NCBI RefSeq assembly: GCF_035084215.1
Contig: NC_090335.1
Span: 56,172,001-56,236,000, forward strand
Source: Heptranchias perlo
Lineage: Eukaryota
Direction of reading: 5' to 3'
DNA length: 64,000 bases
This document shows positions 1 to 12,544 of this stretch, piece after piece. A program made the translations under genes and the position numbers. Every line of letters starts with the position of its first letter. Positions within the stretch are counted from its first letter, which is position 1. The notes beneath the pieces are model-generated. The model searched no databases and was not told where the DNA came from. It worked only from the letters and a program-made list of their open reading frames with translations.

Positions 1-239
1 ATTCTTCTTCAATTTCACTTTCTTGCAACCCTCTCCTTCCAATCTCATCCCTTGTCATATTTTCACTATCCGCTCAGATCTTCCTCTCTCTGACCCCAAA
101 CAATCAGTCCTTAGCAAGGGCCTCTGCTTCATCCCTTTATGACCCCATCTCGACAAATTCTGATCTCAACGTGATGCTGAGTACTTCTTCTGCCGCCTTT
201 GCCGTCGTGCCTACTTTTTTGGCCAAGAGGTCAAATCTG

Positions 240-1340
240 ACCCTTTCTCATGTCTTCAGCCTCCCTGATCTACCTGGACTCCTCCCTCTGGCCTGTCAAT
301 TTTCTTTTTAATTGAAGACTGCCAGCACGATATCGACCATGTCAGATTCTCCACTCCCTCTGAACTCGGAGCCTTCCATTTTCTTAGGTCCAATCTCGGC
401 ATCATTATCAAACCCGCTGACAAAGGGAATACTGTTGTATAGCAGAAGGACCGCTATCTCACCAAGGTTCAACACCAACTCTCCTATCTCCCACTGGACT
501 ACAACCCCACTATTGAATACCAAGATATAATTTCCCAGACCATTACTGACTTTATCTCCTCTAGAGATTTTCCACTCAGCTTCGTGAAACCATGAGCTTC
601 CAACCTCATGGTTTCCTAACCACACACAGCCAGCTTATACCTCTTCCCCAAGGTACAGAAACATGACTGACCCATTGGGGTGATTTTAAATGCCAAGAAG
701 GGGTGGGTTGGAGGTGGGTGGGACTTGAAAATAGTTGTTTTTTGGGTCGCGACTGCAACCCGGCTTTATTTCCAGGTTTAACATCGGCACGTAAAAGTAC
801 AGGCTTCCCATTGGGAATGCAAAGTTCAAAAATTTTGCGACCCAAAAAAACAACTGTTTTCAACTCCCACCTGCCCCCAACCCACCCGTTCTTGGGGTTT
901 AAAATCACCCCCATTATTTCAGCCTGCTCCTGACCCATTGAACTAATTTCCTCTTATTTTGACATTTTTTTTCCCCCTTGTCCAATCCCTACTCACCTAC
1001 ATTCATGACTCTTCTGAAGCCCTCTGCTACTTAAACAAATTCCAGTTTTGTGGTTTTGACTGTCTCCTTTTCACTATGGATATGGTCCATCTACACCTCC
1101 ATCCCTCTTAAGACAGCTGCCGGGTCCTCTGGTTCTTTCTTGAACAGCGACCCAACTAGTCCCATCCACCAGCACCTTCTTGCACCTGGCTGAACTTGTT
1201 CTCACATTCAACAACCTTTCCTTTAACTCCACTCATTTAGTTTTGATGAAGGGTCCGCACTTGAAATGCCAACTTGTCTATCCTCTTCATAGATGGTGCT
1301 TGACCTGTTGAGTGTTTCCAGCAGTTTCTGTTTTTATTTG
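240..1340 (+). mobile_element. Degenerate Penelope-like element (RT remnant plus 3' pLTR with decayed hammerhead core), interrupted by a MITE
   Basis: 1180-1237 translates to HLAELVLTFNN../FNSTH, like Penelope RT. 1243-1340 (ttgatgaagggtccgcacttgaaatg...gacctgttgagtgtttccagcagtttctgttttta) resembles the pLTR-type ends at 22470-22600 and 31030-31115. Confidence 0.6.
677..911. mobile_element. Non-autonomous DNA transposon (MITE) with about 75-bp imperfect terminal inverted repeats
   Basis: Left end ggggtgattttaaa...ttttttgggtcgc is the reverse complement of right end gcgacccaaaaaaa...tttaaaatcacccc. CATT flanks both sides (673-676, 912-915). Confidence 0.8.
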
Positions 1341-1349
1341 TAGTAGCTA

Positions 1350-1670
1350 TGATCTTTTGGATGAGATATTAAACCAAGGCCCCATCTGCCCCCCTCTCGG
1401 GTAGATGTAAAAGATTCCACAGTACTATTTGAAGACAAGCAGGGGAGTTTTGCCAGTGTTATGGTCAACATTTATCCTTCAACCAACACCTAAAATAGAT
1501 GATCTGGTCATTTATTTCATTACTGCTTGTAGGACCTTGCTGTGCACAAATTGTCTGCTGCATTTTCTACATTACAACAGTGACTACACATCAAAAGTAT
1601 TCATTTGCTGTAAAGCGCTTTGGGATGTCCTGAGGTCATGAGGCGCTATATAAATGCAATATTGTTCGTT
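1350..1670 (+). mobile_element. Deu-domain SINE (SacSINE1/AmnSINE1-like), 5'-truncated
   Basis: Core ttttggatgagatattaaacc..ggcccc..tctgccc and tail gcgctatataaatgcaa, shared with copies at 16441 and 59670. Confidence 0.7.
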
Positions 1671-1836
1671 CATACTTTCTTGGTACTGGAGTAGCTAACC
1701 AGAGGTCAGGAGCTCAGGTCCCCATAAAGCAAGTAATGAAATTAAATTAAATAAATCTGGGCTGGCACTTCAAGGATGGGAACCTACCACCTCTACCCAG
1801 CCTGGCCTACGCATGATTCCAATCCCACATCCCGTG

Positions 1837-2440
1837 TCAAGGGAGCAGGAGGTAGGCCTCATGGACAAGATGAGCTCGGAAAGCGCACGAGGGTGAGACA
1901 GGAGAGAGACTAGTTAAAGACGTGGGACCTGGGCAGGGGGGGCTTGGGGTGAGATTTTGCTTGTTGGGAAAGGGGGAAGTAGCAGATGCAGCTGAATGGA
2001 TGATCTCAAACTTAGTGACAAAGAAGTCCGTAAGCTCCTCGTCCTTGTTAGAGGTCAGGGTGGAGGATGATCCTGGAGTAGTGGAAAGTTTTGGTAGAGG
2101 AAATTGAAGCTTGATAGCGCTTTGGGCGGGGCAGGTCAAAAAATGATTGAAACCAGAACAAAAGCCAAGAACCACATGGAAAGTTATAACCAGGCGGAAA
2201 GGCATCATTAAGGGGCCAGGTGTTGCTATCCATGAGCAAAGTTTCAAAGAAAGCTAGGATGTCAATTCAGTCACCAACAATAAGGTTGTGATTGCAAGAG
2301 CCTTGTTCACAACTGATTGAACATTCTAGAAGGAAGTGAGGAGAAGGGCAGATTATTGATCAGCTGGCAGAATTTGAGGTGATGGGTGGGGTGAGCAGGA
2401 CGGTAAGGAGATTGGCGAGATTAGTCCCTAGCGGGCACGC
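1837..2440 (-). mobile_element. L2-like LINE fragment
   Basis: Minus strand is similar to the L2 remnant at 19200-19600 (EELTDFFVTKFEII vs ELMYFFITKTETI). Confidence 0.55.
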
Positions 2441-3460
2441 CAAACTGTAAGATTGGCAAGAGGGGAAAATGAGGCAGTTGGGGTTGCTACTTGTAATGAG
2501 GCAATAATCGGTGCCTCAATAGGCCCTTCGCAGAACACCAAGAGAGGCACAGAGGATAGCTGTGGGCTTATCCAGGTGGATTCAAACCTAGGTCAGCAAC
2601 AGGAAAGTAGATAAACAGAGGAGTAGTAATGGATTGGTGGATCATGTAGTTCTTGGCTTTTGTGCTGGATTCAAACATTTTTTGACTTAATACTCACTTA
2701 GAAATGAAACAGCCTTTCTTCTCAAATATTAGAAACTCTTCCTTTACAATTGGGCCATACATTGTCTCAAACATGGCTTTAGGCAGTCGTTTCTCAGACT
2801 CTTCTTCAATCCTTCTATCTAAACAATCATTGAGATGTTTGAGAATGTTACAAAGGCAGACATTTTGTCCTATTAGTATGCTTAGAAGTTATGGTAAACC
2901 AGGTCTAAGATGTATTCTACTCACTTTGTTAAAATCTAAAATAGCTGCTCAAGGACACTTTGTCCTCTTGACAGCTGTAGAATTCTTTTTTTAATCCATC
3001 TATTAATTAGATTGTGTGCTTTAAATTGTTGTGAATAGCTATTTCTAGGCAAATCAGGGCCCTGCAGATACTAATGTTTGACTGCAACCTTAGCTAGTGT
3101 GTGTTTTGTTAGCATTCCATGGGAACTACACAGTATTTATATTGTGATCTTAAAAAAAGAGAATTTGTACAATTGTCACGTCAAAACAGTATTGTTGCTT
3201 TGATGACAATTGATTGACAGCAGCATCTTCAAAGGAATTATGGGTATAAAATCAGAGGAACTTTCTGGGTTTAGTTCTACTTGCAATATCTAGTATCTGT
3301 TCAAACCACAATACTCCATAAGCATTTGACTTATATATACCCTGCAAAAGGCTGAGATATTTCCATAGACTGTTGTTTTGTGTAGACCGCAAAGGAAGAC
3401 CTGAAAGACTCTATTGGAGCAGCAGCTAAGTTTTTTAGTGGATCAAAAGGCCTATGAGCT

Positions 3461-3855
3461 TATGAGTATTCTGCAGTCAGCATTGTAGCAGTTAAATGAG
3501 TACAGCCAGAAGACCAGAAGCAATCATTTTATCCAGCCAGGTTGTGTGGGGTGAACCACATTTGCAGGCAGATAGGTATGGATGGTGCAATTGATTAACT
3601 CGTGACAGGAGAAATGATAGGTGATGCCAAGCAGGTGCTCATCAACATGGGAGAAATTCTCAAAGCTGCAAACTGACTATAACATTATAAAAAAGATGTT
3701 AAAAAAAAACAATTCTGCTGGCAGACATGATTGACTTCAACTGTGTTAATGGAGTTTACAGGCAATATTTTAAAACCAAGCTGCCTGCCAGGTTGCTGCA
3801 TTGCCTTGAGATTTAATTGAAATTGAAATTGAAATTGTGACTGTCTTAGGAACTA
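3461..3855 (+). pseudogene. RIDA: Processed pseudogene of RIDA (RidA/UK114/YjgF family enamine/imine deaminase)
   Basis: Manual translation across frameshifts and stops: STARRPEAIILSSQVV / RQIGMDGAID*LVTGEMIGDAKQVLINMGEILKAAN / KKTILLADMIDFNCVNGVYRQYFKTKLPAR / QVAALP*DLIEIEIE. This is colinear with RIDA (STAKAPGAIGPYSQAV, GQIGMD, EAKQALKNMGEILKAAG, KTTVLLADINDFNTVNEIYKQYF..FPAR, QVAALP..IEIEA). No introns. Confidence 0.85.
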
Positions 3856-4929
3856 TTTTTCAATGGAATTACAGATCAGAAATTATAAATCAGAGATTAA
3901 TGTTATGATGGGGATATGGTACAAAAGGCAAATAAGCCACTGCACTACATGGTTTTATATTTGATGTGTTCTTTGTACTGATCAATAATTTAAAAAAAGA
4001 TCAATTAGAGACACAGATTGTTTTCTAACTTGTTGTTTGCCTTTTCAATTGTCTTTAATAAAAGCCTTTTTCTCTATCTGATGTTTTATACCTTGCAATG
4101 AAAATTCTGCAACATGCAACTGAGTTATCAACTTAGCTTACACTGATTTAAAAATTTTTTTAAAAATGTACACCCTCGATATATATATGCATTATAAATT
4201 GCTATTTGTGGTATATAGTATTTAACTTTTTGCTATTATAATAAATCAATTGTATATAAATTAGGTTAGTTGTTTTAGCTTGTATGATGCTGGTTTGGCA
4301 TTTGTTATTTTCCATGTTTTGACATAGTATATGTCCTATGTCAATTTCGGTAAGCAATTTACTGTAATCAAAGCATCTGTTAAACCTTGACTACATTAAT
4401 TGTGATAAGAGCAGAAAGTGAAAGATGAAGATTTCACATCATAATGTGCATGGTTCTCTAGCAGATACCATCACACCATTTCAGCAAACAATATTTAAAA
4501 AAAATAAAAAGTAACTGAATTACCCAGTTTGACTCATTCTTCCCAAAAGAAGAGCTTAATTTTTCCCTCCAATTTTCTCCCAAAGGTACTAACTAACTCT
4601 TGCTGGGCCACGGTTTCATGGATGACAACAGCCCTCCCTCATGGACATTCTTCATATGTGCACCTACGTTATGAGTGCTGGCTGGCTATTTTACCATAAA
4701 GGGAATCACAGCTGAGCATGAATTTGTTCTTGACTGATGCTCATGTGCACTTTCTACAGGAACCCTGACCAATTTTTCCTCTTCCCAGCCTATCGGAGGC
4801 AATCCAATAGATGTCCAACAGAGATCAAGAATCAAACCTCAGACCCCATGGTCTGCACACATTATTGCTACACCAGAAGGTGCCTTCATCTACTAGGTCA
4901 TCAGCAGAGCTCACCCTCATCTTTGTTTG

Positions 4930-5148
4930 ATGTGGAGATGCCGGTGATGGACTGGGGTTGACAATTGTAAACAATTTTACAACACCAAGTTATAGTCCAA
5001 CAAATTTATTTTAAATTCCACCAGCTTTCGGAGGCTTCCTCCTTCCTCAGGTGAATGGGGCCTGAGGAAGGAGGAAGCCTCCGCAAGCTTGTGGAATTTA
5101 AAATAAATTTGTTGGACTATAACTGGGTGTTGTAAAATTGTTTACAAT
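4930..5148. mobile_element. Short Penelope-type insertion: inverted pLTR pair (88-bp arms) with hammerhead-like cores
   Basis: Arms 4964-5051 and 5061-5148 are reverse complements with 3 mismatches. A 12-bp TSD catctttgtttg is at 4918-4929 and 5149-5160. Each arm carries CTGAGGA-A-GGAGG-AAG-CCTCC-G(A/C)AAGCT. Confidence 0.8.
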
Positions 5149-5289
5149 CATCTTTGTTTGGTTGAGTTTATGGACTTACTAAGTAGGTTATGCCACATAC
5201 AATTCCAGGCCAATTTTCTCTGCATTGTTAATTTGAAATCTTGGCATTGTTTGACACAGAGCTGGGTTTAAACCCCATATTCTAATATC

Positions 5290-5905
5290 AAGAAGAATTA
5301 TTTCCACCATCACATTACCAACCTCCGTTCCTGCCTTACATCCACTAAAACCCTTATTTGCACTTTTGTCACATCTAAACTCGACCTCTCCAACACCCTC
5401 CTTGCTGGTCTTCAAACTTCCATCCTCTATAACTCCGCTACCTACATCCTGCCCTGCATTATGCCTCACATGCTCATACTGACCTACACTGGCTCCCCAC
5501 ACTTTCCCAATAGATTGAATTTTAAATCCTTGACCCGATCTACAAATCCCTCCATAACCTCACTCTAGCCTATCTCTACAATTTTCCCCAGTCTTATGAT
5601 CCCTCCCCCCCACCCCCGTACCCTCGGGTCCTTTGACTCTGACCTCCTTTCCTCTTTCCCTGCCCTACTACTTCTAGCAGAAACTTCAGGCATTTTGGCC
5701 CTACTCTCTGGAATGCTCTCCCTAAACCCTTCCCACACTCTACATCCTTCCTGCCTTTAAAAGCCTTCCCAAAACCCATCTCTACCTGAGCTATCTATAT
5801 CCTCCTAACTCTCCCAAAAAGATTCACATATTCATTCCTTTCCTCCTCCATGAGGCACTTCAAAACATTTTTCTACACTAAAGGCACCATATAAATACAA
5901 GTAAT
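5290..5905 (+). mobile_element. L2-like LINE 3' fragment
   Basis: Pyrimidine-rich L2 3' region ending aaaggcaccatataaatacaag, the tail shared with other L2 copies and Deu-SINEs here. Confidence 0.65.
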
Positions 5906-7884
5906 TGTACTGGTTCTGTTTGGATATAGAACCATTACTCATATTTCTGTGACATTTTCTTTTAAGCGATTGAAGCATTCCTGATAAGTAAGTGCAATTT
6001 TGTGGTAAAACTAGTTAAAATTCTTTTCTGGGACTTTTTAAATAAAATAAACAGGTTTTTCATCACAATTGTTTTCTAAGATTACTTTCTGAAAAATCAT
6101 AACCCAGAATTGCAAATTACAGTATGAGAAAAATCACAAACAGAGAACAATAGAATTTATATCTATTATATATTAAAAGTCAATGAATGGCTCACAATAT
6201 TTCATCTCAAAGTGCACTGAAAACTGCTTTGGCAGCCTCTATGGCAAAATCCATTTTAAAAGCGTTAACATCTACCAGCAGTACCAGTTATTGCTCTAGG
6301 TGATCCTGCAAATGGACATTTTCCATTGTAAATCTGTTGCTGTAATTTTCTGAAAATCAGCACTTACAGTAATTTAAGTGAATTGTCCTGCAGTGTAAGA
6401 CACTAGACACCTAGAGCCTTATACCTCCAGAATACATACATATATAGAAATTACAACACAGAAACAGGCCATTCTCTAATCCAATTCTGGGGTGTGGAAT
6501 TTTAGAAAAATATTAAATGTTGGTTAATATTTCTTCTATATAATGTATAGATTATATATAATCTGCAGATTTATTGTTCCCACTATTCTTATAGGAATGC
6601 ACCACCAGTGGTCCCCAGCTGTACAAAAGAGTCACCTAACTCAAAAAAACCACTTGAAAAGGTGGGAGAGTCTATGTCTAGCTGTGCTGCCACACCCCAT
6701 GACTGCCGACTGTCAAACGTGTTCAATTACTGTACAAATATACACAACTATGACATCAGTGTAGCCTCCTGTAAATGCCTTGTTGAGAATATGCACCACT
6801 AAAATATGTCTGAAAATTTTTATCTGCATTGTTAATTGTTAAATGTTTGCCAGTTTTTCTGTTCCAAGTTATAATTTATATTTGTAATGTTTGGTTTCTT
6901 GAAGTGAAATGTTTTTATATATATAGTGAAGGCAAGTCCTGCAATAGCCCAACCAGGCATTCTGTGACAACTTCATACATAGAAGTTACAACATAGAAAT
7001 AGGCCATTCAGTCCAACCAGTCTGTATCAGCGTTTACCCTCCATGTGAGTAAATAGTCTAATCACATTTACCCACCCTGTTCCCATATCCCTTCAACCCC
7101 TTTTCCTTCATCATAAGTTTTTAATACAAGATACTCAAACAAAACAGGGACTAAGAATGAATCCTTCAAATCATATTGTTGGATTTCCTTTACATGTTTG
7201 TCTACAAATGTTTGTTTTTTAATTTCTCAAAACAGGTATAACCATGAAAATTGGAGGCACTTTCTACAACGTTCTTTTTTTTTGTTGGATGGGGTGGATG
7301 TTATACATTTGATTTATACTTTTTAGCAGTTAATCACATGTGAGAAAATCTACAATAAAGTGACTTATTATGGTATATGGTAGACTTTTAACTGCCAGTA
7401 AGATGACTATTAGTTTGAGCCTCATGGGTGACAGACACTTGAGCCTGACTGCCATGATAGTGGTAGTGCTTCCCCTCTTGTTATTTGTTTTTCTTCCTCT
7501 TCTCCAGTTTTCCTACATAACTCTTCCTTTCCTAAAGACTGCAACTCATACTGGGATAAAGTTCTACAGATACCAGCAGTCCTCTGGTAGCTCACCCAAT
7601 GTAGTCATTGTATTGAGTCTAGTCAGTGACTGTCACCAGGCTAAGTGATTGTAGAAGCTACCATATAAAAGCCCAATCGTATCCTTAACCAAAGTTCACG
7701 CACAAGTAATTTCAATAGGGGTCACTGGACAGCAATCAACAGTGGGAAGCCTGTTTGATTTTTATCCCTCTCTAGGTGAGGGATACTGAGTTCAAATATA
7801 ATGGTCCCAGCTCCCTCCCTTAACTATTCTGGGTAATATTGACTAACTCAATACAGACGCAATTTTTAAAACGTGTTCTTTTAT

Positions 7885-8275
7885 CCCCCACTAATTTTCT
7901 CCACCAGTTTTTCTCTCCTGAAAGGCACGGTTCTGTGGGCACTGGTTGCCTGCCAGTATGTTGACCAAATGGTTATTCTTCAAGTAACGCCCTGTGTGTA
8001 AACAGTGTGTTTACTGGGGGGGGGGGGGGGGAGTGGAAAATCACAGCCAGCCTAATCCTATCCTCACTCCAAGCTAGAATTGCTGAATAGCAATTAGGTG
8101 GATCCTGGATAATTATCCCCCCCAAAACCCTGAAGTACCGAGGCCTATTACTATGTCCCTAGCACAGCCCTCGCTGAAATCACCTAACTCACACTGGCCA
8201 GGGATCAACCCTGGAACCTCCCAGTATTTATGGTGCAGTTACTCACTGAATAACTTGCTGATCCACCAGGGAGCT
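7885..8275 (-). mobile_element. Old tRNA-headed SINE (tentatively AmnSINE2-like)
   Basis: Colinear with copies at 4560-4915, 7480-7860, 12545-12930 and 17211-17595 (+). Minus strand reads ggttccagggttgatccctggccagtgtgagttaggtgatttcagc. Confidence 0.55.
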
Positions 8276-8465
8276 AAACATGCAACTTTTATTACTTTGT
8301 TATAATTTTCCTCACAATTATGGTTCATTATCAGTGCACTGGGGTGTGAAGACGTACACATTAGTCAGATTTACATCTTTGATACATCAATGCAATAGGA
8401 AAATCAGTGTACTAATAAAGATATTTCTTGTAGCCAAATCAGTACTTAAAATATTTTAAGGATCT

Positions 8466-9785
8466 TCAATCTTCCTTCGCCCACCATCTTTTTCTTTTAT
8501 GACTATCCAAAGATTTTTCTACAGTTCGATTTGAATTTAAAGTTGAATTTTGCCACCTGGCTCTCTTTTCTGGTTCACTGTTAATTGTCTTCTTGTGATT
8601 TTTGGTTCGACTGCAGTATCTCTTTTCCATTAGATCTGGTAGAAATCCTTCATGTTTCCTTTTTGGAACAAACTTGAGAGCTTCTTGCCAACTACCAGTT
8701 TCTTTCACAGTCAACAAAATGCTGATCATCTGATTCAATGTAAGATTTTTTGCACCACTATCCCACTTCAAATACTCATCCAAAGGAAGCCGTGCAGTTG
8801 CCAACTTCAAACGCTTTGCATTTGCATGGGACAATCCTGTCTGAATTGACTTATCAACAATGGATCCAATGATGTAGATTTTATCATGCTGAAAAGTCTT
8901 CAATATGCAAGGTGAATCTGCAGTTAAATACACAAGCTTGTCTTTGGGAAAAATGTCAACATATGACTTTTCTGTTACAGTTATCAACAGCCTATCCCAA
9001 GCATCTCCATAACGTTTCAAAAGCTCCTTATGATATGCTCCCTCTGGGCTAAGGTTACAGAAATGTAAGTGAAATGGGTCTAAAGATCTTCTGTTCCACC
9101 CCTCACACTCCAGTAGCTGAGATACAGTATTATCCATTTCTCGACGAGCCATGTAGCTTTCATAGCTCATATCAAGCACCAGTGGCTGACCAAATATCAT
9201 AGACTGGGCTGCCCTCCAATTGTACATTGTATCGAAAGACCGTTGCCAGAATTGTAAGAGAAAAGTATTCTTTAATGCAACTCCTTCCTCATTTTCTCTT
9301 TCCTTCTGCAGATGCTTTGCTGCTTCTTGCTTTAATTTTTGTTTTTCCTTTGTGGCTTTCTTTTTGCCTTCTTTGATTGCTAGGTGCTTAAGATATTTTT
9401 TCTTTGCAGATTTGGAAGGCAGTTCTTGAACTATACTCAGCTGTTCTTCAGTTATGTTCTCTGGCACAGTTTTCCCAGCTAGTTGCCACATTTGAACCAG
9501 TTCCCTTGTGGCAGCAAGGAATGAGTCCCCAAGATCTTCAGAGGGGAGTGGTTTGGGAGCTTCAGTTGCATTTTCTTTCATGACAGTCTTCCAGATATCT
9601 AAATCTAGTTTTTCAGGGCTGACTTTCTTTTCTTCATTCTTTAGACATGGTGTCAAAACCAGTGTCCTGCGGTGTGGCATATATTGGCATCTGGCCAAAC
9701 CCACTTTATACTTCACCTGAGTCTTTATTTGCAGAGTGCAATGCCTACCAAAGCTTTGCAAGAGATGGGTAACATGGAGCCACAT
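8466..9785 (-). CDS. TRMT10C: tRNA methyltransferase 10C (mitochondrial RNase P subunit MRPP1), single coding exon, 439 aa
   Basis: TRM10 SPOUT motifs QPLVLDMSYE, VYLTADSP, IYIIGSIVDK, ARLPLDEYLKW, KNLTLNQM. Also KSAKKKYLKHL and a basic N-terminus consistent with a mitochondrial presequence. Acceptor tcattacag| lies at 9865/9864, upstream of the ATG. Confidence 0.96.
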   Translation of the reverse strand: MWLHVTHLLQSFGRHCTLQIKTQVKYKVGLARCQYMPHRRTLVLTPCLKNEEKKVSPEKLDLDIWKTVMKENATEAPKPLPSEDLGDSFLAATRELVQMWQLAGKTVPENITEEQLSIVQELPSKSAKKKYLKHLAIKEGKKKATKEKQKLKQEAAKHLQKERENEEGVALKNTFLLQFWQRSFDTMYNWRAAQSMIFGQPLVLDMSYESYMARREMDNTVSQLLECEGWNRRSLDPFHLHFCNLSPEGAYHKELLKRYGDAWDRLLITVTEKSYVDIFPKDKLVYLTADSPCILKTFQHDKIYIIGSIVDKSIQTGLSHANAKRLKLATARLPLDEYLKWDSGAKNLTLNQMISILLTVKETGSWQEALKFVPKRKHEGFLPDLMEKRYCSRTKNHKKTINSEPEKRARWQNSTLNSNRTVEKSLDSHKRKRWWAKED

Positions 9786-10696
9786 ATTCTACTCAAATAA
9801 AAAATTCCTGAAATCCAAATAATCTCCAACAATGTTTGAAGAAATCCAAGGGTAACGTTTGATCCTGTAATGAGATAAAAGTATTGGGAGGATTATTAAT
9901 GATTTTTCTAAATTAAACTTTTTACCAGATTCTTGCTAAATCTGTCTGGGCTGAAACACAGAGCTCTCCTTTTCCTCAAAACCCTAGATATATAAAACAA
10001 CGTAGATTGTTAGCCTTTTGTTGCACAGACATTGTCAAAATTCTGACTGCACACTCCATATTCAACTTGTGATTTCCCTCACAACTGGTAGGATATCTGA
10101 ATCGTGGCACAGCATGATTTCACTGTTGCTTCAACTTTAAAAGTTTATCCTTTTGATGACAGGACTTCAAAGCAGTTGCTTTTTATATTACAGTCAGTGC
10201 CCATTATGCCTGTTGTTTTAAATCAGCTCTTCCAGGTGATTTCTGATAGTTGATTGATTGAGATTGCTTCTTCCTGTAGTTAACAGGAGACACATCTTGG
10301 TCACTCTAATGATAAACGAAGAACATCAGTGACTCAGAGCAGCCACACCAGTAGTAACTGGATAGCAAACTCAGTAATTTGAAATTTATCTTAGCCCAAT
10401 AAAATAAAAGGAAAAATTTGATTGTGTCAGTGATTCCTGAAGGACGCATGACGAATGGAATTTGCCACGTTTAACATTTACATTTTTGGCATGTAGGAAC
10501 AGGGCTGATTCAGAACTGAAAATCCAATACCAAAAATTAGCTCATTGTCGATAGATACTCAAGTTTTGTTTGAGTTACTTTTGAAAGGGCAGGGAAAAAA
10601 CTATGACAAACTTTTCCTTGGGAGATTAAATAAGTGAAGTAGTTTGGACAAAAGAGAGTGAATTGTACGTAGACTGTAGAAGGAAGAGACCTGATA

Positions 10697-12380
10697 GCCA
10701 AATGAGTACTTTGCATCAGCCTTTACCAAGGAAGAAGATGCTGCCAGTGTCTTAGTAAAGGAAGATGTAGTTGAGATACTGGATGGGCTAAAAATTGATA
10801 AAGGAGGTACTAGAAGGGCTAGCTGTACTTAAAGTAGATAAGTCACCCGTTCCGGATGGAATGCATCCTAGGTTGCTGAGGGAAGTAAGGGTGGAAATTG
10901 CAGAGATACTGGCCATAATCTTCCAAACATCCTTAGATACAGGGGTGATGCCAGAGGATTGGAGAATTGCAAATGTTACACCCTTGTTCAAAAAAGGGTG
11001 TAAGGATAAACCCAGCAACTGCAGGCCAGTCAGTTTAACCTCAGTGGTAGGGAAACTTTTAGAAATGATAATCGGGACAGAATTAGCAGTCACTTGGACA
11101 AGTGTGGATTGAGTATGGAAAGCCAGCACGGATTTGTTAAAGGCAAATCGAGTTTAAGTAACTTGATAGAGTTTTTTGATGAGGTAACAGAGAGGGTAGA
11201 TGAGGGCATTGCAGTTGATGTGGTGTATATGGACTTTCAAAAGGTATTTGATAAAGTGCCACATAATAAGCTTATCATCAAGATTGAAGCCCATGGAATA
11301 AGGGGGGTAGTAACAGCATGGATACAGAATTGGCTAAGTAACAGGAAGCAGACAGTAGTGGTGAACGGTTGTTTTTCGGACCGGAAGGAGGTGTACAGCG
11401 GTGTTCCCCAGGGGTCGGTACTAGGACCACTGCTTTTCTTGATATATATTAATGACTTGGACTTGGGAGTACAATTTCCAAATTTGCAGATGACACAAAA
11501 CTTGGAAGTGTAGTGAACAGTGAGGAGGATAGTGATAGACTTCAAGAGGATATAGATAGGCTGGTGAAAAGGGCGGACACGTGGCAGATAAAATTTAATT
11601 CAGAAAAATGCGAAGGAAGAACGAGAAGAGGCAATATAAACTAGAGGGCACAATTCTAAAAGGGGTACAGGAACAGAGAGATCGGGGCTACATGTGCACA
11701 AATCATTGAAAGTGGCAGGGCAGATTGAGAAAGTGGTTAAAAAAGCATATGGGATCCTGGGCTTTATAAACAGAGGCATAGAGTACAAAAGCAAGGAAGC
11801 CATGGTGAACCTTTATAAAACTGGTTCGATCACAACTGGAGTACTGTGTCCAGTTCTGGGCACTGCACTTCAGGAAAGATGTGAAGGCCTTAGAGAGGGG
11901 GCAGAAAAGATTTACTGGAATGATTCCAGGGATAAAGGACTTTAGTTACGTGGATAGCTGGGGTTGTTCTCCTTGGAACAGAGAAGGTTGAGAGGAGATT
12001 TGATAGAGGTATTTAAAATCATGAAGGGTCTAGACAGAATAGATAGAGAGAAACTGTTCCCATTAGCGGAAGGGTCAAGAACCAGAGGACATGGATTTAA
12101 GGTAATCGGCAAAAGAACCAAAGGTGACATGAAGAAAAGCTTTTTTACACAACGAGTGGTTATGATCTGGAATGCACTGCTGGACGGGGGAGCGGTGAAG
12201 GAAGATTAAATCATGGCTTTCAAAAGGGAACTGGATAAGTACTTGAAAGGAAAAAATTTGCAGGGTTATGGTAATGGGGCAGGGGAATGGGACTAGCTGG
12301 ATTGCTCTTGCATAGAGCCCGCACGGACTCGATGGGCCGAATGGCCTCCTTCCGTGCTGTAACCTTTCTATGATTCTATG
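10697..12380 (+). mobile_element. CR1 LINE, 5'-truncated and frameshifted, in the TRMT10C intron
   Basis: RT motifs RPVSLTSVVGK, QHGF, DFQKVFDKVPH, GVPQGSVLGP. 3' tail ttctatgattctatg. Confidence 0.93.
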
Positions 12381-12544
12381 AACTTTTCAGTTTCGTGCTT
12401 TCTTATGTAGGATACTTTATGCACTCTTTTGTCACATTTTTAAAAGAAACATACTCTTTGGACCTCAGAAATAACAGAATAAAACCATCAAAATGTAACC
12501 ACTTTGCATAATCATTATTCCAGTTTGCAGGAGTTTTGTCCATT

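Noticed and set aside
2704-2994. ORF with IGPY as a possible RIDA 5' exon
   Set aside because: The matching RIDA N-terminal segment is already present at about 3496-3545, and a 4-residue match is uninformative.
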